DNA from: the human T2T-CHM13v2.0 reference genome, Homo sapiens
Direction: 5' to 3' (one strand)
NCBI RefSeq assembly: GCF_009914755.1
Contig: NC_060925.1
Length of the DNA stretch: 64,000 nt
Of the stretch, positions 57,452 to 64,000 are shown piece by piece. The notes under the pieces were generated by a model that worked only from the letters and a program-made list of their open reading frames with translations, was not told the origin of the DNA and made no database searches. A program made the translations under genes and the position numbers. Within the stretch, counting starts at the first letter, position 1. Every line of letters starts with the position of its first letter.

Positions 57452-59465
57452 TCTGTGCTGATACATGACTTTTTCATTTTATTTATTTCAACTAATTGAA
57501 ATTGAAACTTAAAACAGCTACATGACTAGTGACTATCTATTAGGCAGTGCAACCCTATACAATTATAAAGTTCTTTTTTTTTTCCTACTGTCTTCTGCCG
57601 TCCAGCACTAAACTATGAAATTTTGAGAACAGATTTTTCAACATTATACTTTCAGAGTTTCTTGCTTATGATAGAAGCTCAAATATATTTAGCAGTGGAT
57701 TCAGTTTAGCAAATAATTATTGAGTTCTATTTTCTGATTAGCTTTTTTGGTGGGAACACAGAGGTAAGAGAAACATAATCCCTTGCTGCCCTCAGATTGC
57801 TTACAGTCTAGTGATGTAAACAAATTAGAGTGGCGTGTAATAAAAATGAGTGTTGTTGCACTTAGTCCATGGAATTGTGGAACGGTTAGGCTGTTTGGAT
57901 GAGTCAGGGCATAGTACAATACTTGAGGTATAGTGGGTGGGTGTTCAGTAAATCTCACTGAATGAATGAATGAATTATAGCCTCAGTTCTACCATTAACT
58001 GGCTTCTTGGCAAGTCTCCTAGTCTTTGAGCCTTAATTTCCTTATCCCTGAAATGGGAATGATGTGCATATTTTAGGGTCTTGAGTTTTTTTGACTGGGA
58101 GGACCATGTTTCATTAACGCTTGGATATATTTTTGCCTATAATATAGTTTAAGCGTTTAGTAAATGTTTTAGTGAATCCTTAATCCCAACAAGAATAAAG
58201 GGTGTTAAAACACTTTCACGAATGTGCTTATATTATTGTCATATACCATTGATTGGGAGATGAATTGACTTAAACTGTGGAGAGGGAATTAAGATTACCC
58301 AAGGGTAACAGTGACCTTTTGTTTTGACATTTTTTTGGCTGCAGCTGTCCTCTAATGATTTGAGATTTTCACTTCTTTCCTTTATTGCCAGTGGAAGTTG
58401 TGGAAGAAATTAATGTTGAACCTAACGCAGTTGGGGTAACGGTTTTAAGGGGACTATAATGGGCTCACTCTGTTACTCTCATGTGGTGATTGAGGAGCTA
58501 GCCCTTTCCAAGTTGTCAGGTTTCGTTTTTTTCCTGTTTTTACCAGCAGACACTCAGATGGGACTAATTCTGTTTAAGTGTCATGTTGGGTTTATTGAAC
58601 TTGATGATGGACTTGATATGCCTCTTGGGCATTTATTTATGGCTTGATGTCAGAAATCCATGCACAGGTTGCTCTGAAGAGCTCCCTTTGGTGTAGCGTG
58701 GCAAGCAAAGCATTTTTGTTTGTTTGTTTCTGTTTGATTTTGGAGCATATGCTAGAACAGAATTAGATGTACTTTCCTCTATTTGTAGGTAAGTTCATCT
58801 TTCTCCTTTTTTTAATTGTAAGGATAATATAGATTAATAATAAAAATGGGGAAAATATTGGTATGATGTAGGAGACCTGATAAACTCATATTTGAATTGC
58901 ACTTCTGTTATTTATCAGCCTTGTGATCCTGGATAATTTATATGATTTCTAGATGATTTTTTCCCATGAACCTTTGTCAAAGAGGATTAAATGAATGGAT
59001 GGATGTAGTATATATAGTGAGGTACTCAGCACAAAGGGAAGGGGCCTCAAATATTTTATATGGTGTCCTCTACTGCATACACGTCATCTGACTTTTGGTG
59101 GTGTGTCCATGTTAACAATGAAGTCTCTCCCAAGAATTCAGACTGCTTTCTGAGAATGAATCTAGTCATGAATCCCTCCCATACAGAGTATAGTTTCAGC
59201 CATAGATAGAAATAAACCAGGTAATTGCCTATAAAACAGACTGAAGAGATGGGAGCACTCAAGATGCAAACAAGATAATCTGGGTGTAATTCCAGGGAAA
59301 AGGGATTGGAATGAAATTGTAATTTAGGAGACTGAAATCTAGTTGATTGTATCATAATATTCTTTTTTTTTTTTCTCTTGAGACGGAGTCTTGCTCTGTC
59401 GCCCTGGCTGGAGTGCATTTGCATGATTATCAGCTCACTGCAACCTCCATCTCCGGTTCAAGTGA

Positions 59466-59672
<207 letters not shown>

Positions 59673-59757
59673 TAATATTCTACCGAGGGAGAGATTATGG
59701 GAACAAGCAGGGGGTTGTCAGCTTAAAACATGGTAAACATAGTAAAAGACAGGCTGA

Positions 59758-60066
<309 letters not shown>

Positions 60067-60848
60067 TGATCCGCCTGCCTCAGCCTCCCAAAGTGCTGGG
60101 ATTACAAGCGTAAGCCACCATGCCCGGCCGAGATGGATTTTTTTATGAGGAAGTGATAGTACACTAAACCTTCATGGACAAAAAAAGTATCTCAAAATAG
60201 TTGTCTCCCTTTTGTTCTGATTCCATGTGGAAGCAATTTCTGATCACTAATGATCACTAATGTAATTGTTCAGGTATTTAATCTGAAGGCAGCAGCTAGT
60301 TTACCTAGATGAGGACTGAGAACCTTCCAGGTATAAGGAAAGTATATCTTGTATTGTAAATTAATAAACTGGTGTGTGTCTCTCTCTGAACCAGTCACTA
60401 AACTGACAGTCTGGTTAATGTATTTTAGTATATAAGCATCTGCATGCTAAAGACTCCTGCACTTATATCTACAGTTCATACCCTTCCCCTGAGCTACAGA
60501 CTTGGATATGCAACTGCCTACCTGACATTTGCATTCAAGATCGAGGGCGAGGGCTAGACTGTGTCTTTTGTTTAATTCACTGCATAAGCTAAGGCCTTTT
60601 GGTAATAAGCCATTAATGTCTCAACTTTAATAATCCTGTACCCCGTTATAACTATTTTTATGTTTCCTTTTGGTCTATGTCCATATGAGGCATAGTTTCA
60701 CATTATTTCATAGTGTATATATTATTTAATTATAAAAATATATAAATTTTTATGATTGGAAATAATGCATGCTCATCATAGAAAAATAGAGGGAAAAACA
60801 CACAATGGAAAATGATCATTATGTGCTATTACTACCATACAGAGATAG

Positions 60849-61292
<444 letters not shown>

Positions 61293-61540
61293 TAATGGCT
61301 TTATTCTGTCATTCAGATGTACCACATAATCATTTTAAGTTGTTTCCAGTTTTTCACTGCTAACGCTTCTAGACTGGTCATGTTTATCCAGGAGAGAGCT
61401 ACCTGTACCAAAAATAAAATAAAATAAGTACAATAAAATAATAAAATAGAATTAAAAAAAATGCCGGGTGCAGTGGCTCACACCTGTAATCCCAGCACTT
61501 TGGGAGGCCAGGGCGGGTGGATCAAGAGATCAGGAGTTCA

Positions 61541-61870
<330 letters not shown>

Positions 61871-62519
61871 TTATAGCGTAAAAGAGCAAAATATTTCAAA
61901 TTAACTTGCTTAAGCTACTTAAAGACAAAAAAAGTTCATTTGAAATCTTTTGTCATTTTTTCACTGGTTATATGGAATCAGGTGAGAGAAGGACAAGTTT
62001 TGATGCCATTATTTCTATGTGGTACTCCAGTAAATAGACTTTCTGTTTTAGGGAAGAAGAATAGTGTTCCCTCAAGTATATTAGGTTCAACATTAATTTC
62101 CTTCATAACTTTCATTAGCAATAGAGGAAAGAGATGAATTTTAACCAGTAGAGGACAGTTGCAGCCAAAAACAAGTCAAGATGAAGGGCTTCCCCTTTAT
62201 GGGATCTGAATTTCCTCTTCAAACTTTAAAATTAGGCTAGTTGGCTCATTACATCATAGGGGAAAAAAATAAACCCCATTTGCATGAATTTCACCAAATT
62301 TGGAGATTGTGTGTTGATCTAAAATTAAAAACATAATGTATATAAAACATTTTAGAGGCCCCAGAGTTGTTTAGATAGGTAGGCTATCAACCTCCAGAAT
62401 CAGCTTATGTAGGTATGTGGGATGTAGTGATGATGGATAGAGAAAGTAGTGGCTCCCAGTAGGAGCTCTAAACAGAAAGGGCAGGTATTTTGAGTTTCAG
62501 GCATCTGCAGGCATCCATG

Positions 62520-62523
<4 letters not shown>

Positions 62524-62605
<82 letters not shown>
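62524..62605. repeat. Compound dinucleotide microsatellite (TC)22(TG)19
   Basis: Read directly from the sequence. Confidence 0.97.
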
Positions 62606-62610
<5 letters not shown>

Positions 62611-64000
62611 GAGAGTGGGAGAATGAGAATAGAGGTGGATAAATTTCCCAAGCAACTTCAGGGAGGGCAGTTATTTTAGACAGGATGACTGATTTTTATT
62701 CATTCAGAGTAATTATTTATGTTCATTTTCTCCAGAATTGAAGTAATCCTCTATTATTATTTATTATCGAAAATAAATGAAAAGGTTAACTTGTAATACT
62801 ATAACCACTGTTGGCATTTCAAGTCATTTCTTTCTAATTTTTAAAATGTTTTTAAAGCATTTGTAATCATACTGTATAATTTTGCATTATGCTTTTGTTA
62901 TTTAGTATGGGAAAATGCTAGATACCTACAGTACTTGATACATAATAGGCACTCAATAACTATTTACTAAAGAAGGAATTATTGACTTGTTTAAAAATCT
63001 TTTGAATGGACCATCAAGCGACTATACCATAATTGACCTAATTGTTATCCTTTGTTGTTTCTAAATTTTCCTGTCTTAAAAATACATTGAATATTTTGAT
63101 GTAAATCACTTTTCCTGAAGCATATAGTTTTTCCTATGTATAAAGTTATTTTCTTAGGACAGGTTCCCAGAAGCAATTAGGGGTCAAATAAAGTATTAGA
63201 ACTCTTGGTTGCAAGGGGCAGAAACTTAATTGGGAAACATTTTGGCCAATCTTGTCAGGGGCTTCCAGGATAACTCTCAGTTATGTTTCTCAGTTATGTT
63301 TCTGCCCCTTGTCTCTTTCCTCTATTGCTGGGACTTCAGCCTTTGCTGTATTGGGTGCTCAGTTTATACTCCCAGGGCTTTGCTTCTTGTTTACCAGTGC
63401 TCTTCTTTGCTTTTCTCTGGCAGACTCTTGCCATCTGGTGGTAAAGATTGGCTTTGGCAATTTTTTGTAGTTTACAATCCTGATTTGTATATGTAAAATG
63501 TAATAAGCAAGGTGGTTCTCCCAAGGAAAGGATTTTGGACAGACAGGAAAAGGATGTTTGCTATAAGTGTTTTATTAAATGTTATTAAAATATTATTTGA
63601 TTTATTTTTGAGACAAAGTCTTGCTCTGTCACCTAGGCTGGAGTGCAGTGGTGCCATCACAGCTTACTGTAGCCTTGACTTCCTGGGCTCAAGCCATCCT
63701 CCCACCTCAGCCTCCTGAGTATCTAGGACTACAAGCATGCACCACCACATCCTATTAATTTTTCTGTAATTTTTCTAGAGATGGGGTCTCACTGTATTGC
63801 CCAGGCTAGTCTTGAATACCTGGGCTCAAGCAGTCCTCCCAAAGTGCTGGGATTACAGGCCTGAGCTTCCATGCCCAGCAATTATTTCATTTTAAATTAT
63901 TTTTATTAAATGTGTAATAGTTTATTAGTATTTTATCATTCTTGATAGCCATTGATAGTGACTTCCAAAAGTTTATTCTAGCCTTAGTAATAGTTCTTAT

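Overview
Primate genomic DNA, very probably human chr1p35; the translated exons match the human proteins as I recall them. Two RNA-processing genes sit head-to-head on a CpG-island bidirectional promoter at about 24.6-25.6 kb. SNRNP40 (U5 snRNP 40 kDa WD40 protein) is on the minus strand, with coding exons 1-5 (aa 1-218) in the window and the rest beyond position 1. ZCCHC17 (pNO40/PS1D; S1 domain plus CCHC knuckle) is on the plus strand, with non-coding exon 1 and coding exons 2-3 in the window and the rest beyond 64000. The remainder is intron, dense in Alus, with L1, L2, MIR, MaLR/ERV LTRs, DNA-transposon fossils and microsatellites. Nearly all ORFs in the supplied track are Alu- or repeat-derived artefacts. 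I cannot show a wholly new biological system. The best leads are post-transcriptional control features of ZCCHC17: a strong uORF plus competing start codons, an alternative first exon, two candidate NMD poison exons (one ending in a recursive-splice-type AG|GTAAGT site), and a sense-oriented LTR poly(A) signal. There are also several unusual rearrangement or repeat structures. Repeat subfamily names are from memory of consensus sequences, and repeat boundaries are approximate.
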